NCBI GenBank assembly: GCA_951406725.2
Contig: OX597828.1
Span: 69,998,001-70,062,000 of the forward strand
Origin: Octopus vulgaris
Lineage: Eukaryota
Direction of reading: 5' to 3'
Length of the DNA stretch: 64,000 bases
The notes under the pieces are model-generated. The model made no database searches, was not told where the DNA came from, and worked only from the letters and a program-made list of their open reading frames with translations. Numbering within the stretch: position 1 is the first letter of the stretch; each line of letters opens with the position of its first letter. Positions 15,862-29,438 of this stretch are shown one piece after another. The translations under genes and the position numbers were made by a program.

Positions 15862-16290
15862 GCTCCAAATTTTAGTGCATGGTAAGTAATTTTGGGTGAT
15901 TATATCGACCCCATTATTCAACTGGTACTTATTTTATCGACCCTGAAATGATAAAAGGCAAAGTCAGTCTCGGCAGAATTCGAATTCAGAAACGTAAAAC
16001 CGGAAAAAATACTTATTTCTTTACTACTCACAAGGGGCTAAACACAGAGGGGACAAACAAGAACAGACAAACGGAATAAGTCGATTACATCGACCCCAGT
16101 GCGTAACTGGTACTTAGTTTATCGACCCCGAAAGGATGAAAGGCAAAGTCGACCTCGGCGGAATTTGAACTCAGAACGTAAAGGCGGACTAAATACGGCT
16201 ACGCATTGCACCCGGCGTGCTAACGTTTCCGCCAGCTCGCTGCCTTAAAAGCCGGAAGATATACCGCTAAGCATTTTGTTCGGCATGCTG
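15862..16290 (-). mobile_element. Young family A SINE (~16013-16246) nested in an older family A SINE
   Basis: Host split into ~15862-16011 and ~16247-16290; imperfect TSD taaaaccggaaaaaatac / taaaagccggaagatatac. Confidence 0.85.
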
Positions 16291-17460
16291 TCTATTCTGC
16301 CTGATCACCGTCTTAAATCTCTCATTTAACATTGGGCTCTTTTGAGGCCTTTTCACAGGTGATGGTGTCTTTATGTTGAAGGACAAAATGTTATCGTGTC
16401 CCCTATCACACTGAAGAAAGTTTTCCCGGTTCAAAACAAATTTTATGGGGAGGAGGAATGTATTCCATAGCGAATCCCTTTTGATCATCGTAGACATGGA
16501 AGCAGGGGACGGGTTGACGTGAGGTGAACAAACTGCTTGTGAAAGATGGTTGTATGCGGTAGGAAAGAATATAAAGTGGTATTGTTTACACGGGGGAGGG
16601 GTAACTGTTGTTGGAGGCGGGGACAACTATGTCGTTGATATCCCAGGAGGAGGAGGAGGAGGAGGAAGAGGAAGAGGAGAAATGTGGAACCTTAAGGAAG
16701 ACAACGCGTTGATGAAGTGTGAATCAGAGAAATCTCTTGCAGAGAAATCTCCAAGATGAGATATGATAGGAAGTTCTTCGACACACAAGAGACAAGATAC
16801 AGACGGAAAGTAAAATAAAGAAAGACCATTCCCATGCCAGATGCAATAAAATACTCTGCAAACATCAAATAAAAGGAAATCGTTTTCACTAAAGTTCTCG
16901 ATTGCAAGCGAGGACTGATATAAATGAGCAGGTTACAAGAAAATCTGGATTTACTTAAGCCATATGGGTGGGGATTAAGAAGGAAAAGGGATTAAAGACG
17001 TTTGATAAGGTGGTTGACAACCACCGCTTCAATTCACCTTTGAAATATTGGCAGATGAGGACGACAGATCGATTATTGTGGAAGAACTAAAACAGTTGTC
17101 ATTCTAAAAATGTTAAAAACACATTACGGGATGTTTCGGAAAAGAGCGTTGTAGATCTGAAGAGAGAGAAATGAGGGGAAGAGAGAGGAAGACAGAGAGA
17201 GAAAACAGAGAGAGGGAAAACAGAGAGAGGGAAAACAGAGAGAGGGAAAACAGAGAGAGGGGAGATATAGAGATTAGAGACTTTTGCAACGAATGATAAC
17301 AGTTCTTTGGCGCATTGTTCGAGGGTGATGGCAGCAACTCTGTAACGGCTGGTAGCCTTGGCGGTTTGAATATAGACTCGGTGGTTATTAACAACTTTCT
17401 CCGTCACCTTTGAAGTGTTCGAAGAGAAACCAGCAGATCGATAGTTTTGGCTCTTCTGAC
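16290..17460 (-). pseudogene. Decayed LINE reverse transcriptase (CR1/Jockey group)
   Basis: Minus-strand fragments: LEQCAKEL; NYRS..SNTSKVTEKVVNNH (present twice); VVNHLIKR..LLNPHPYGLSKSR..NLLI; FDVCRVFYCIWH; KNFLS; SHFINA; INDI; NTTLY; DNILSFNIKT. Confidence 0.7.
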
Positions 17461-17756
17461 ATCAAAGATTTATTTAACGTTAAATTATGGATTAAAAGGT
17501 CACATGTGAATTAATTCCGTTGGTTTATTTATTTATTTTTTGCTTCAGAAAGCTTCCTGTAATGCAAATCTCAGAAATATCTGGAGATTGGTTTAAATAT
17601 ATTGATACTTCAAACTAATCAAGATTGAAGTATCAAGTCTTTTATTTACTGATTTAGTCGCAAGAGGAGGTGGTCAGACGGTGGGGGTGGCTACACCGTC
17701 TGCCCCACCACCAACCCAATAATAACGGATATTTAATAAGACGGTATTCCATTACT

Positions 17757-17970
17757 AATGTTGGTCTCAATTTTGACACAAGGTCAGCAAATTCGAGAGA
17801 GGGGTAAGTCGATTACATCGACCCCAGTACATGACTGGTACTTATTTTATCGACCCCCGAAAAGATGAATGACAAATTCGACCTCGGCGGAATTTTAACT
17901 CAGAACATAAAGCCGGACTAAATATCGCTAAGCATTTTACCCGGCATGCTAACACTTCTGCCAGCTCGCC
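17757..17970 (-). mobile_element. SINE family A
   Basis: Near-full-length match to 7370-7589. Confidence 0.9.
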
Positions 17971-18409
17971 AATCCCTACTGATGCTGTTTATGATAATTT
18001 CAGATTTAGATTTCTTCACCGAAATGTTAAGGTTGTGTTTAGTTATTTGCCAGGGTCCACTGGGTTTGGTGGCATTTTAACAATAGACAACGATTACCAA
18101 AATCTATAGCGCGCCTTGCAGTATTTGTTCCCGGCTCTTTAAATTCTGAGATCGAATCCTGCCGAAGTCAGCTTTGTTTGGAAGAATTGTTAAAGCGTTG
18201 GACAAAATGCCTTGTGGTATTTATCTACGACCCTTTACATCTTGAGTTCAAATCACACTGAAGCTAACTCTTCCTTTCAGCATTCCTTTAGGGTAGATAA
18301 AATAAAGTACCAGTCATATATCGGGATCGATAAAATAGATTATATTGTTCCTTCTCGCCAAATGTGTGCCCATGTGTCTCCTTAAGAAATCATTATTACT
18401 TTCCATGAT

Positions 18410-18750
18410 AAGGCTGCGAGCTGGCAGAAACGTTAGCACGCCGGGCGAAATGCCAAGCGGTATTTTGTCTATTGGCTACCTTCTGAGTTCAAATTCCGCC
18501 GAGGTCGACTTTGCCTTTCATCGTTTCGGGGTCGATTAAATAAATACCAGTTACGCACTGGGGTCGATATAATCGACTTAATCCGTTTGTCTGTCCTTGT
18601 TTGTCCTCTCTGTGTGTAGCCCCTTGTGGGTAGTAAAGAAATAAGGTATTTCGTCTGCCGCTACGTTCTGAGTTCAAATTCCGCCGAGGTCGACTTTGCC
18701 TTTCATCCTTTCGGGGTCGATGAAATGAGTACCAGTTACGCACTGGGGAA
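18410..18750 (+). mobile_element. SINE family A, full young unit plus a 5'-truncated second unit
   Basis: Junction ...gtagtaaagaaata-a-ggtatttcgtctgccg at ~18642. A more degenerate copy lies upstream (~18100-18390). Confidence 0.9.
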
Positions 18751-19350
18751 GGGGACTAGTCGATGATATCAAGAATAGTCCCCTTTCTCCCAAAGTTTTC
18801 AAGGCCTTGTGTCTTCCTAGGATATCATTATTTCTCTCCATGAGGTTCTGTACATTGGGCCTCACAAGAAACGGTTTCAGTAAGATGTCAATTAGAGTAT
18901 AAGACAGCATCTCACTCCATCGCATATTTCGACTAGGATTCTAAAAAGACAGCGATATCTAATGACACCCTGTCCTTATCAAAGATCTACCACACTGCTT
19001 AGAAGAGAGAGCTTTGATAAAGATAAGATGATCTTAAACTTCTCTGTCTCTGTTGAACTGAAGTCGATCAAATATAAAAACGATTGAAATGCGTGATTAC
19101 TGCCTCACAGAATTTTAAAATACCGACCTATAATGGAACGCGTGGAAACGATTTAAAGAAGTCTCTTTTCTTTTGTGTTTTTCTTTCATTCTTGTTCACC
19201 TAACGCTAAATTTATTCGGAGTTTGAACTTCGGACTTGCAAATTGGACAGACAACAGAAAGTAATTTAGTTAGCAAAGTTCTATCCCTACCAACTGCTTA
19301 TAAAGTATTTGGCTGGATATATATACATGTATAAATAATATAATATAATA

Positions 19351-19454
<104 letters not shown>

Positions 19455-19468
19455 ATATGCATGTATGG

Positions 19469-19960
19469 GTACAGGACATCACCAACGGTGCAAATAACAT
19501 ACACACGATAGATAGATACAAGATATAGACAGTAATTACAGGATAAAAGCGAGTGAAATACGTAAACAATAAGAAAAAATGGAAAAGTTAACACAGTAAA
19601 AGGAGCCTTCATCGGTTGTCGGTTGTCTATCTACTCCTCATTTCGAGTATTCAAACGACAATATGAGTCTTCAAAGACAGTAGCTCCCATAAATTCTCAA
19701 ATAAAATTTTGGATTTATGGCGAGTCTAAAGTTTGGAACAAAAAAACACCAGTGGAAACTTACAAGGAAACCGAACGAAAACAGACATGGATGGTCGTTA
19801 GACCGGAACGAAAGGAGAACAGTAAACGCTGGACGAGACATTTTTTCTGAAAGGAGAAAAGACAGAAGAGAGAAAAAGACGTCCAGTTGTTTAGACGTCC
19901 GAGCAGGAAAAAAAGAGGTCACGTGAGGAAAAGAAGGATGGACGATGGTCACGTGCGAGC
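19469..19960. repeat. TA-adjacent interspersed element whose first ~145 bp recur at 20201-20352
   Basis: gtacaggac(a/g)tcaccaacggtgcaaataa...gagtgaaatacgtaaacaa...cttcatc occurs twice in direct orientation. Confidence 0.75.
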
Positions 19961-20555
19961 AACGAGAGACAGAAAGAGAGGGAAAGCGACAGATAGAAAA
20001 CGGTAAAAGAGGGAGGGGGAGAAAAAAGGAATTAGAGAAGGATGGAGGAAGAAGGAAGCAAAGACGAGAGGAAGAAAACAGTTACAGAGAGTCGCATAAA
20101 ATATGGGTGAAGATTAACTTACTTGGGAATGGATGCGTCGTGTTCAATTAAATAATATATATATACATACATACACACACACACACACAAGCATATATGA
20201 GTACAGGACGTCACCAACGGTGCAAATAATACACACACGATAGATAGATACAAGATATAGACAGTATTTACCGGACAAAAACGAGTGAAATACGTAAACA
20301 ACGAGAAAGAAAAAGGAAAAATAACAGACCACAGAAAAAGACACTTCATCAATTGATGTGTGTGTGTGTGTGTGTGTGTAAGGCGATGCCCCATCATGGC
20401 CGCAGTCTACTGACAGAAACAAGTAATATATATATGCTGATAAATGGGACCTATATTTGCTCACGTAGTTGACGTCTGTCGATCTTATTAAACACGTGTA
20501 GATTATATAATCATTAATACCGACTACGATTTCAGTATTCCTTAGAAACTCACAC

Positions 20556-20603
<48 letters not shown>

Positions 20604-20706
20604 ACACCACACAAACACACATGCGCATAAATATATTAGTATGTATATTTGTATACATTCATATACATATGTAGGTATATGTATTTATGTATGAGTACGT
20701 GTGTAC

Positions 20707-20755
<49 letters not shown>

Positions 20756-21149
20756 TGTGTGTGTGTGAATAACCTGAATAGGTTATAAAAGTGGAGCGAA
20801 TTCTGAGATTTTAGCAGGATCCTACTGCGAAGAATAACAGACCATGTCCGCGTTTTAAACACGACATTTGGTCTTATATCGTATTGTATGTTAGTGTGAT
20901 CATCGTTCATTCAAAGATCCTACACAAAAGAATCAACAGAGTTTGATAAACGTATAGAGAAAGATCAGAACCTCGCCTGCGGATAACAAGTCAAAACCGA
21001 CACCAGATAATTGGACTCGGGGTTATGATTTGATCAATAACAGGTCAGATATGTGATGTTATAGTTTGGTGAAACATATGGCAGACGATACAGAGTTATG
21101 TGGAAGCTGTGGATAGAGTGTACGTTGGTGTTTATTAATTGTGTTTAAT

Positions 21150-22130
21150 TTTGTGACAGTATTAGCATAGATTCTTTCAAGCACGTCCAACACGGAGCGT
21201 TTTGGCCTTGGTACAGAGGACTCGAATCAATGATGGACCAAGCTATACCGTGTGCTATATTCTTGCCCCAGGTAGTGTATATGCTCGGCCAGAGAAATTG
21301 CTGTGCTTTTCTTATTTAAAAGTACTCAAATAAGCTGAGTTTCGTTTCTTAAAATTAACGGTAGCTCCAATATAAACCTTGGTGGATTGTTGCAGTCAAT
21401 TTAGGACTGAGCACTTCGATACTATGTTAAATCACCCGCATTTGTAGCGGGGAAATATGGACAATGGATACCGAGGACTATATCTGGTGTGTGTACGTTA
21501 TGTGAAGGTATCATGAGGTGAAACATGGTTAAAGAATGTCGAAGACAATACTCGGTGTGTGTAATACATAACATATCTTATTTCTTTACTGCCCACAAGG
21601 GGCTACACACAGAGGGGACAAACAAGGACAGACAAACGGATTAAGTCGATTATATCGACCTCAGTGCGTAACTGGTACTTATTTAATCGACCCCGAATGG
21701 ATGAAAGGCAAAGTCGACCTCGGCGGAATTTGAACTCAGAACGTAGCGGAAGACGAAAAACTGCTAAGCATTTCGCCCGGCGTCCTAACGTTTCTGCCAG
21801 CTCGCCGCCAACTCTGATAGTGTATGGCGATGAGATGAGGACAGAGATCGAAGAAAACTACGTTCGCTATGTAAGGTGTGTGTGACAGTACCGGGTATTG
21901 ACATTAGAGGAACTTTAGGAGGTGCGAGATGTTACAGCTTGCGGTTGGGTTACGTGAAATATCTAGATATGATCTAACATAGCGGCAGGTTGTAGGGGAA
22001 AGTATGAGAACAGAAGCAAATGGGGGAAATATCCGTTGCGATGAAGTTAAGATCAGTCGTACATTTTGAATGATGTGTTGATGTAAAGTCAAGACATATG
22101 CAAACACACTGCATTGCAGACATATCAAAC
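21150..22130 (-). pseudogene. Highly decayed LINE ORF2 (APE C-terminus/linker), possibly the upstream part of the 16290-17460 element
   Basis: Weak fragments only (SVLILSP, PCFTS resembling PWF, LLNKKSTAIS); interrupted by a SINE. Confidence 0.3.
21578..21808 (-). mobile_element. SINE family A, young tail type
   Basis: Full length: tatttctttactgcccacaagggg...tctgccagctcgccgcc. Confidence 0.92.
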
Positions 22131-22959
22131 CCACATTGATATGGGGGGGGGGGGATTATATCAATCTATTGATGACGACGACGACGACGACGTTGATGAC
22201 GATGAAGAAGGTAGTGGTGGCGGTGGTGATGGTGTTGGTTAGAATGTTGATGATGATGATGACTGAGGTGGTGCTATCGGTGAAGGGGATGGCGGTGGTG
22301 ATGATTTTGAAGGGACGGCGTAGGTCGTGATGATGGGGAGGGGCTAGGGGACGATGAAGCGGGGGGGGGAGCAGTGCTCTTGGGTTAGTGATTGTGGTGC
22401 TACAGATATTGGTGAAGGGGGCGATAGAAATAGGAGTGATGGCCATGGTGGAATGGGGATGATGTATTGTTAGTAGTGGTGGCGGTGGTGGTGGTGACGG
22501 TGGTGACGGTGGTCAGTGGGTAAGGATGGGGGTAGTGTTGTTATTGTAGTTGTGGTGTTGGTAATAAGTATCGGTCGAAAGAAGGAAAGAAAGAAAGAAT
22601 GAATGAATGAATGAATGAAAGATAAATAGAAAAAGGAACAAAGAAAGAAGGAAAACACAAGAGAAAAAAGAATGAATGAATCAATGAAAGAATCAATCAA
22701 AGACAAAGAGAAAACAAAGAAAGAAGGAAAGAAAGACTGAATGAATGAATGACAGAGGTACATGAGAAAGAAAGAAAGAAAGAAAGAAAGAAGGAAAGAA
22801 AGAAAGGAAAAAGAAAGTAGGAAAGAAAGAAGGAAAGAAAGACAGAAAGAAAGAATGACAGAGGTACATGAGAAAGAAACATAGAAAAGGGGTTACGTAA
22901 CGACAGGCGGGAAGAGGGAAAGGGACAAATTTGTCTTAGGGAACCGGGTTTAACGTTGG

Positions 22960-23077
22960 GTGACGTTGCTGACGTCAGCAGTGTTGAATGACGTCAGCAA
23001 CGTTGCTGACGGAACAAACACATGATGAATGAATCGGATTTTAATCCGGAACTGTGCGGATTACGGATTATTGATTA
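22960..23077. promoter_or_regulatory. Candidate cis-regulatory module: two full CREs, CRE half-sites and three K50 homeodomain sites
   Basis: TGACGTCA at 22970 and 22989; TAATCC at 23042; GGATTA at 23058 and 23065. Confidence 0.4.
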
Positions 23078-24136
23078 TCGATCTGTGTCCTGGTGCCTAA
23101 CTAGAACACCTTTTCTCTTCTTCACTCCCACTACCACCACCACCACGATCACCTGCAACACTACCGCTACTACCACCACCACTACCACCTCAACAATCAC
23201 TACTACTACTACTTCTACTACTACTACTACACCACTACTACTACTACTTACTCCATCACTTCTACTATCGCCACCCCCACCGCCGTCAACACTACCACCC
23301 CCCACTAACTCCACCTTCATCGCCGCCACCACCACCACCACACCACCACACCACCACCTCTACCACCACCACCAACAACAACAGCGCGAAACGTCTAGAA
23401 ACAAGAGTCAAGTCTCCTTCGAAGCGCCCACCCTCCCCTCTCAGAATATTACATAATGTATTGCTGAATTACCTGTCCGTCGGTAAACGACAGGATGGTC
23501 ATAAGTGGAAGGCTGAACTGGGCCTTAAAATGTCAATAACGCTCTCCCATTCACCACCACCACCACCACCACCACCGCCACCATTTACCTTCTTCCAAAG
23601 GTAAACAATAGCCCCCCCCACCCCACCCCCACCCAACAATCTCCTACCGTCTTTTAACCTTCTTTTCTGTCTAACCTATCTGCTTTACTAATTACTCCTC
23701 CTCCTCATTCTCCTCCCCTCCTACTCTTTCCTCCTCCTTTCTCATTCCTCCTATTCCTCCTCCTTTGTCATTTCCCGTTCTCGTTCCTCTATGTTTTTCT
23801 TACTCCCCTTCCCCGTCACGGTTCTTCCTTCGTCTCTTTCTCTCTCTCCCTCCGTCGTTCTTTTATATCATTCCTCCCTTTGTTTATCCTCCTCCGACTG
23901 CTCCGTCTCTTCCTCCCACCCTCTCTTCCTTCAACTCCCAAATCCCCTCTCCCTCGCTAGTATCTACTTTTTTCTCTTTTGCGTCACCCTTTCCCTCTCG
24001 TTTGCAGCTACCCCTCCCTTCACAATTATGTCTCTATCTCCTTCTCCTTCTTCTTCCTCCACCCTCAACCTCTGGTAGACTTTTACTCCACCGCCTTCCC
24101 TCGTGTCTGTCTTACCTCCTCCTGCCGCACGTCGTT

Positions 24137-24155
24137 TGACGTCACAGTGACGTCA
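24137..24155. promoter_or_regulatory. Tandem CRE pair, 11-bp spacing
   Basis: TGACGTCA-cag-TGACGTCA. Confidence 0.4.
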
Positions 24156-25529
24156 GCAAAAGTTTCGAAAAAAAAAAGTATTTATTATGATGGTAGCGGG
24201 AGTCTATAATGAGCGAGAGGGGGAGAGGGGGAGAGAGAGATGGTGAGAGGGAAGGAGGATAGAAGAATCACGATGAATGAAAACTGGGTAGAAAGACAGA
24301 ATAATGACAAGAATAACAACTGCTACGACAACCTCACAATAACGAATAGTAATAACGACTACAACAATCATAACAATAATAATAATAATAAGCAGAGTAA
24401 GAACAACAACAACAACAACCACAACATCACTCTGGTGACCAACATTGATGGTTGAACCAATGTTTTCGTATCAGATATGATACTGTCACCGTTTCATGTT
24501 GTAGTGTCTGGACACAACAGTCTGGACTGGCTGGACACTAAGGTCCTTAACCTTTCTGCTGTTCCAGACATGTTTGAAGAATGGCACGACACACATCGCC
24601 ACAGCCGCCGCCTTCATCGGACTGTTGAAATTATCATCATCATCATCACCATTAACACTACCACAACCATCACTACCAACACCGTTATCATCATCATTAC
24701 CACCACCACCACCACCACCATAATCACCACCACCATCATCACCACCACCATCACCATCATCACCACCACCATCACCACCACCACCACCACCACCATCACT
24801 ATCACTACCATCACCACCATCATCACCACCACAATTACCACCACCATCACCAACGTCACTACCACCAATACCATCTCCGCCACCATTATCCTCATCATTA
24901 TAACCATAATCACTATCACCACCACCATCACCACCACCACCACTACCGTCACCACCACCACCACCACCACCACCGTCACCACCACCACCGTCACCACCAC
25001 CACCAATCCTATTTAGGCACGCGTATGTCTTCCAAAGATGTCAACCCCATATTTTTATTTGACAAGCAGTTCAGCCAGAAATTGAAGGAACAAAATTAAC
25101 AAAGATTTTCTCATACTAATTAATAAAGAAAAAATACAAATAAACAAAAAACAGTACAGTAGACAGAGTGCTACATCTAGGGTAGTCTTTAGATGTCCAG
25201 GTACCCAGGTGCCACACAGACGAAGTGAGTTGCCACCCATTTGGAACTATGTTTTCATATGGTCGACCTCACTAAGGAATCCATCAGCCCATGAGCCTCC
25301 TTGGAGAACCACCTTAACAACATTAGATGACCCCAGGGAAAGCGATGTATTAAACCCTATAAACGAGTTCCCGACCATCGGGGCGCGAACCAGGGCCGAA
25401 CCGAGAATGAAGGGCCGCACAGAAAGAATGAATTTTAAAATTCTCTTTCTGTCCTATTGACTTTCGCCGTCTGCTGGGTGTTGATGCTTCGTGAATGTAT
25501 TATATCTGTTTGCGTTTATCGTCGACGTG

Positions 25530-25601
25530 TTTTAGTCATTAGACTGCGGCCATGCTGGAGCACCCCTTTAGTCGAGTGAACCAACCACACACTACACACA
25601 G

Positions 25602-25649
<48 letters not shown>

Positions 25650-25810
25650 CGTGCCTCTTTCGGTTTCTGTCTACCAAATCCATTCAAAGGGCTTTGGTCG
25701 GCCCGAAGATACAGTACAAGACACTTGCCCAGGTTGCCACGCAGTAGGACCGAATCAGGAACAATGCGGCTGAGAAGCTACCTTCTTTCCACACACCCAC
25801 GCCGGCACCT
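25530..25810 (-). mobile_element. SINE family B (CORE-like), internally deleted
   Basis: Minus-strand head ggtgccggcgtgggtgtgtgg, CORE-like gcaacctgggcaagtgtctt. Confidence 0.85.
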
Positions 25811-25834
25811 ATACGTAATAATAATAATAATAAT

Positions 25835-25898
<64 letters not shown>

Positions 25899-26055
25899 TA
25901 TGTAGTCTATTGTATTTGTTAGGCGCCTGATCCCCTAATCCGTGGAAAAATTGTCCTGCATGAAATCGGTCCGTGGTACTGGACAGGCTGAGGACCACTG
26001 TCTTTTAGTGCTTATTGGTTTCTTGAAAGAAAAATCACAGCATATGTATATATAT

Positions 26056-26320
26056 AGGCGCAGGCGTAGCTGTGTGGTAAGTAACTTGCTTACAAACCAC
26101 ATATATATGTGTGGGTGTGTGTGTTCGTGTGTCTGTGTTTGTCACCCCAACATCGCTTGACAACCGATGCTGGTGTGTTTACGTCCCGGCAAAGGGACCG
26201 ATTGCATAAGTACTAACTAGGCTTACAAAGAAAAAGTTCTGGGGTCGATTTGATCGACTAAAGGCGGCGCTCCAGCATGGCCGCACTCAACTGACTGAAA
26301 CAAATAAAAGATAAAAGATA
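26056..26320 (+). mobile_element. SINE family B
   Basis: ggcgcaggcgtagctgtgtggtaag...ctccagcatggccgcactc...gaaacaaataaaag. Confidence 0.88.
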
Positions 26321-26614
26321 TGCCTTCGCGTTGGATTCCCAGAGCGCTGAAGTCACGTGACAACAGCCGAGTGTGCTGAGTCTTAAGACAGCACTAAACC
26401 AGGTTTCCTTCCTTTTCCTTCAGTACTTTTGTCCCCTAAGTTTAAGATGATAGTGCCCTTCTTCTAACATAGGATTTGCTTCTCATACACAGAGCTAAGA
26501 AGCTTCTAGTATAACACTCTTATAGATACACGACCCAACGAGAACTCCATTGAACCCTATACATCAGTTTAAATTCGAACCGTTATTGTTGCAAAGGGTC
26601 CTAAAAGGACTCAA

Positions 26615-26860
26615 TATTGGTCTCAAATTTTTTGGCACAAGGCCAGCAATTTCACTAAAAGGTAAGGTGCGTGGGCGGGGGTGGAGATGGGGGTAAATGG
26701 ATTAAGTCGATCGCCAGTGTTGAACTGCTACATCGACACCCAAAATGAGAAAAAGCTAAGTCGGACTCGGCAGAATTTGAACTCGGAACGCAAAGACGCA
26801 CGAAACGCCGCTAAGCCTTTTGTCCGGCGACGTGCTAACGTTTCTGCCAACTCGCCGCCT
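26615..26860 (-). mobile_element. SINE family A, older tail type
   Basis: ggtctcaaattttttggcacaaggcc...tctgccaactcgccgcc. Confidence 0.85.
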
Positions 26861-27059
26861 TAAAAAAAAAGAATCCACGACCGAACAAGTGATTTAATTT
26901 TTATTTTAGACGAAAGCCGTAAAAAGCTGTTTCGTTAAGAATTTTTGTGAGACCAAAGATTAATGACTTTTGTCGTCACAAATCTGTCAGCTGCGACAGG
27001 TTTGTACTTCTGCACTGGATTCACCTCGGCATTTAAATAGGTTGATATACTTACAACCA

Positions 27060-27110
27060 TTTAGTCACTCGATCTGCTAGAAAAAGCAGCGAAATCTCCG
27101 TCTGATTTTC
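27060..27110 (+). repeat. Ancient interspersed repeat core GCTAGAAATAGCAGCCAAATCTCC (also ~29215, 38520, 39285, 57610, 60445; reverse at ~39030, 43588, 43780, 60050)
   Basis: Recurrent diverged motif on both strands; class not determined. Confidence 0.65.
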
Positions 27111-27304
27111 AGCCGATTTTCTTACAAAATCATTTTTCGAATGAAACGGGACAACAGAGGATAGACTTAGATGAACTGTGGTTGGGGGACTTTATGAAGG
27201 GATGGCCATGGGTGGAACGTCGTTGCTGATAGATTTGTTTGAGCTGTGTGGAACTGAGGGTGCACAACTACAACGACATCAACAACAACAAACGCTCTCG
27301 TATA

Positions 27305-27560
27305 CCTTTTATCTGTTTTATCTGTTTCAATCATCGGACTGCGGCCATGCTGGGGCAAACACCTTGAAGAATTTTTAGTCGCATGAATCGAACCCAGCAC
27401 TTGTTTTTTTTTTTTGTTTTTTGGTTGTTTTTTTTTTAAGCCTGGTACTTATTCTATCGGTCACTATTTACAGAACTGCTAAGTTACGGGGTTGTAAACA
27501 CACCAGCCCCGGTTGTCAAGCGGGGTTGGTGAGGACCAAGCACAGACGCAAAGACGCGCG
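27305..27560 (-). mobile_element. SINE family B, 3' half
   Basis: Matches 14024-14205. Confidence 0.85.
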
Positions 27561-27907
27561 CACATAGATATGCCGAGGATAGAGCGACGGATATAATTAT
27601 AGAACGGACTCGTTCCGATTATCGATTCAACGGTGTGGTATACACGGAGGTAGTGAAGTACAGAGCAAAAGGACATTAACATCACCATAGAGTACAACTA
27701 ATAGGTATGGGGCGTGTAGAGTACAACTTAGTATAACATTCACTAGTATTACTAAAGTGTTGCCTGCTGTAGTAAGGTAGAGGTATACCATCGGTGTTTT
27801 TCTTTTTCGGAATGTTTGGTTCGGAAGGCTTTTCCGAACCAAGGGTTGTCTCTTCGGTCAACAAACTCTGAAATTAAACACATTTATTGAATTTTATTGA
27901 ATATATA

Positions 27908-28102
27908 GGCGCAGGTGTGGGTGTGTGTGATATGAAGTTTGCTTCCCAACTACGTTGTTCTGGGTTCAGTCCCACTGCGTAGCACCTTCGGTAAGTGTTT
28001 TCTACTATAGCCTCGAGGCAACCAGTACCTCAGAATATGCTTCAACACACGAACTTACAGAAAGAATCTTGCAAACCAAATCCCAAAACGAAATAATCAC
28101 AC

Positions 28103-28144
<42 letters not shown>

Positions 28145-28480
28145 GCGACAAGCTTCTTTCAGTTTCCGTTTACCAAATCCACACACATATATATACATAC
28201 ATACATACACACATACATACATACATACATACATACATACATACATACATACATGTGTGTGTGTGTGTGTGTGTTTGTCCATCACCAACACTTGACCACC
28301 GGTGTTGGTGTGAGTACGTTTCCGTAACTTAGCTGTTCGTTAAAAAAAACGATAGAATAAGTACCAAGCTGAAAAGAAATAAAAAAGGTACAGGGCTCAA
28401 TTCATTCGACTAAAAAATTCTTCAAGTCGGTGCCCCAGCATGGCCGCAGGCTAATGACTGAAACAAGTAAAAGAACAAAA
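27908..28480 (+). mobile_element. SINE family B, interrupted by microsatellites and an inverted internal piece
   Basis: Head ggcgcaggtgtgggtgtg, gggttcagtcccactgcg, tail ccccagcatggccgcag...gaaacaagtaaaag. Confidence 0.8.
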
Positions 28481-29138
28481 GAAACAAAGAATACACAGGT
28501 GTAACATGGTTTTTTCCGGAACCTTTTCCGGATTAATGACGTTTTTTTCTTTTTTCCGGACCAGGGATGGTCATCGAGACCAACACGCAATAAATTAAAT
28601 ATTGAGTTTATTTAATTAAAGAAAACACACCTGAACACAGGTATAAATGATTAAATGATACGCGTTTAAAAGTACTGCACTGAGCAAGTACCCAGGTACT
28701 TGTCTGTGCAAGGTGCAAATGAACTCGTCTGGTGACCGCGGGAATTTGAAGTTCCGGATTGTAAATTGGAACGGATTAAGAGAAGCGTCGGACTATGAGT
28801 GTCCGGAAAGTCGGTGTTGTACCTGAGCTAGGCTGCTGGTTTGTCAACACAACACGATACTGTTGGTATATTTACAACACAACATACGGTGTTTAAATTA
28901 TCACATAGCGAGATGGACACACAGACACACACACACGTATATATATAGAGAGAGAGAGACATGCTCACATATACACACATATACGCTGGCCTAAGCGAAC
29001 ACACACACATACACACACATACACACACACATATATACACACAGTTCTACGAAAGATACAGGTCGCTACTAAAAGCCATTTGTTGTTCCATACGCTGACA
29101 ACCTAATTGACACTACTACTACTACTACCACCACCACC

Positions 29139-29184
<46 letters not shown>

Positions 29185-29399
29185 AAACATATTGAGGTAG
29201 CCACTCTGTAGTCGGTCAATCTGCCAGAAATAGCAGCCAAATCTCCCTATTATGTCCTACGGTCGCGTTGGCTAGGGCAGTCTTGGATTCTCTATGCGTA
29301 GGAGAACTAAGCGGGATGGTCACAGGTGGGCTATCTTTGAATCATATGGCTGCCTGCTCCATCAACGCTGCCCTAGGGCTAAACACGAATATCGTCGTT

Positions 29400-29438
<39 letters not shown>

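Noticed and set aside
19600-19690. CCGATGA, TTGAAGA and GAAA words on the minus strand
   Set aside because: I could not form the required stems in type I, II or III topology.
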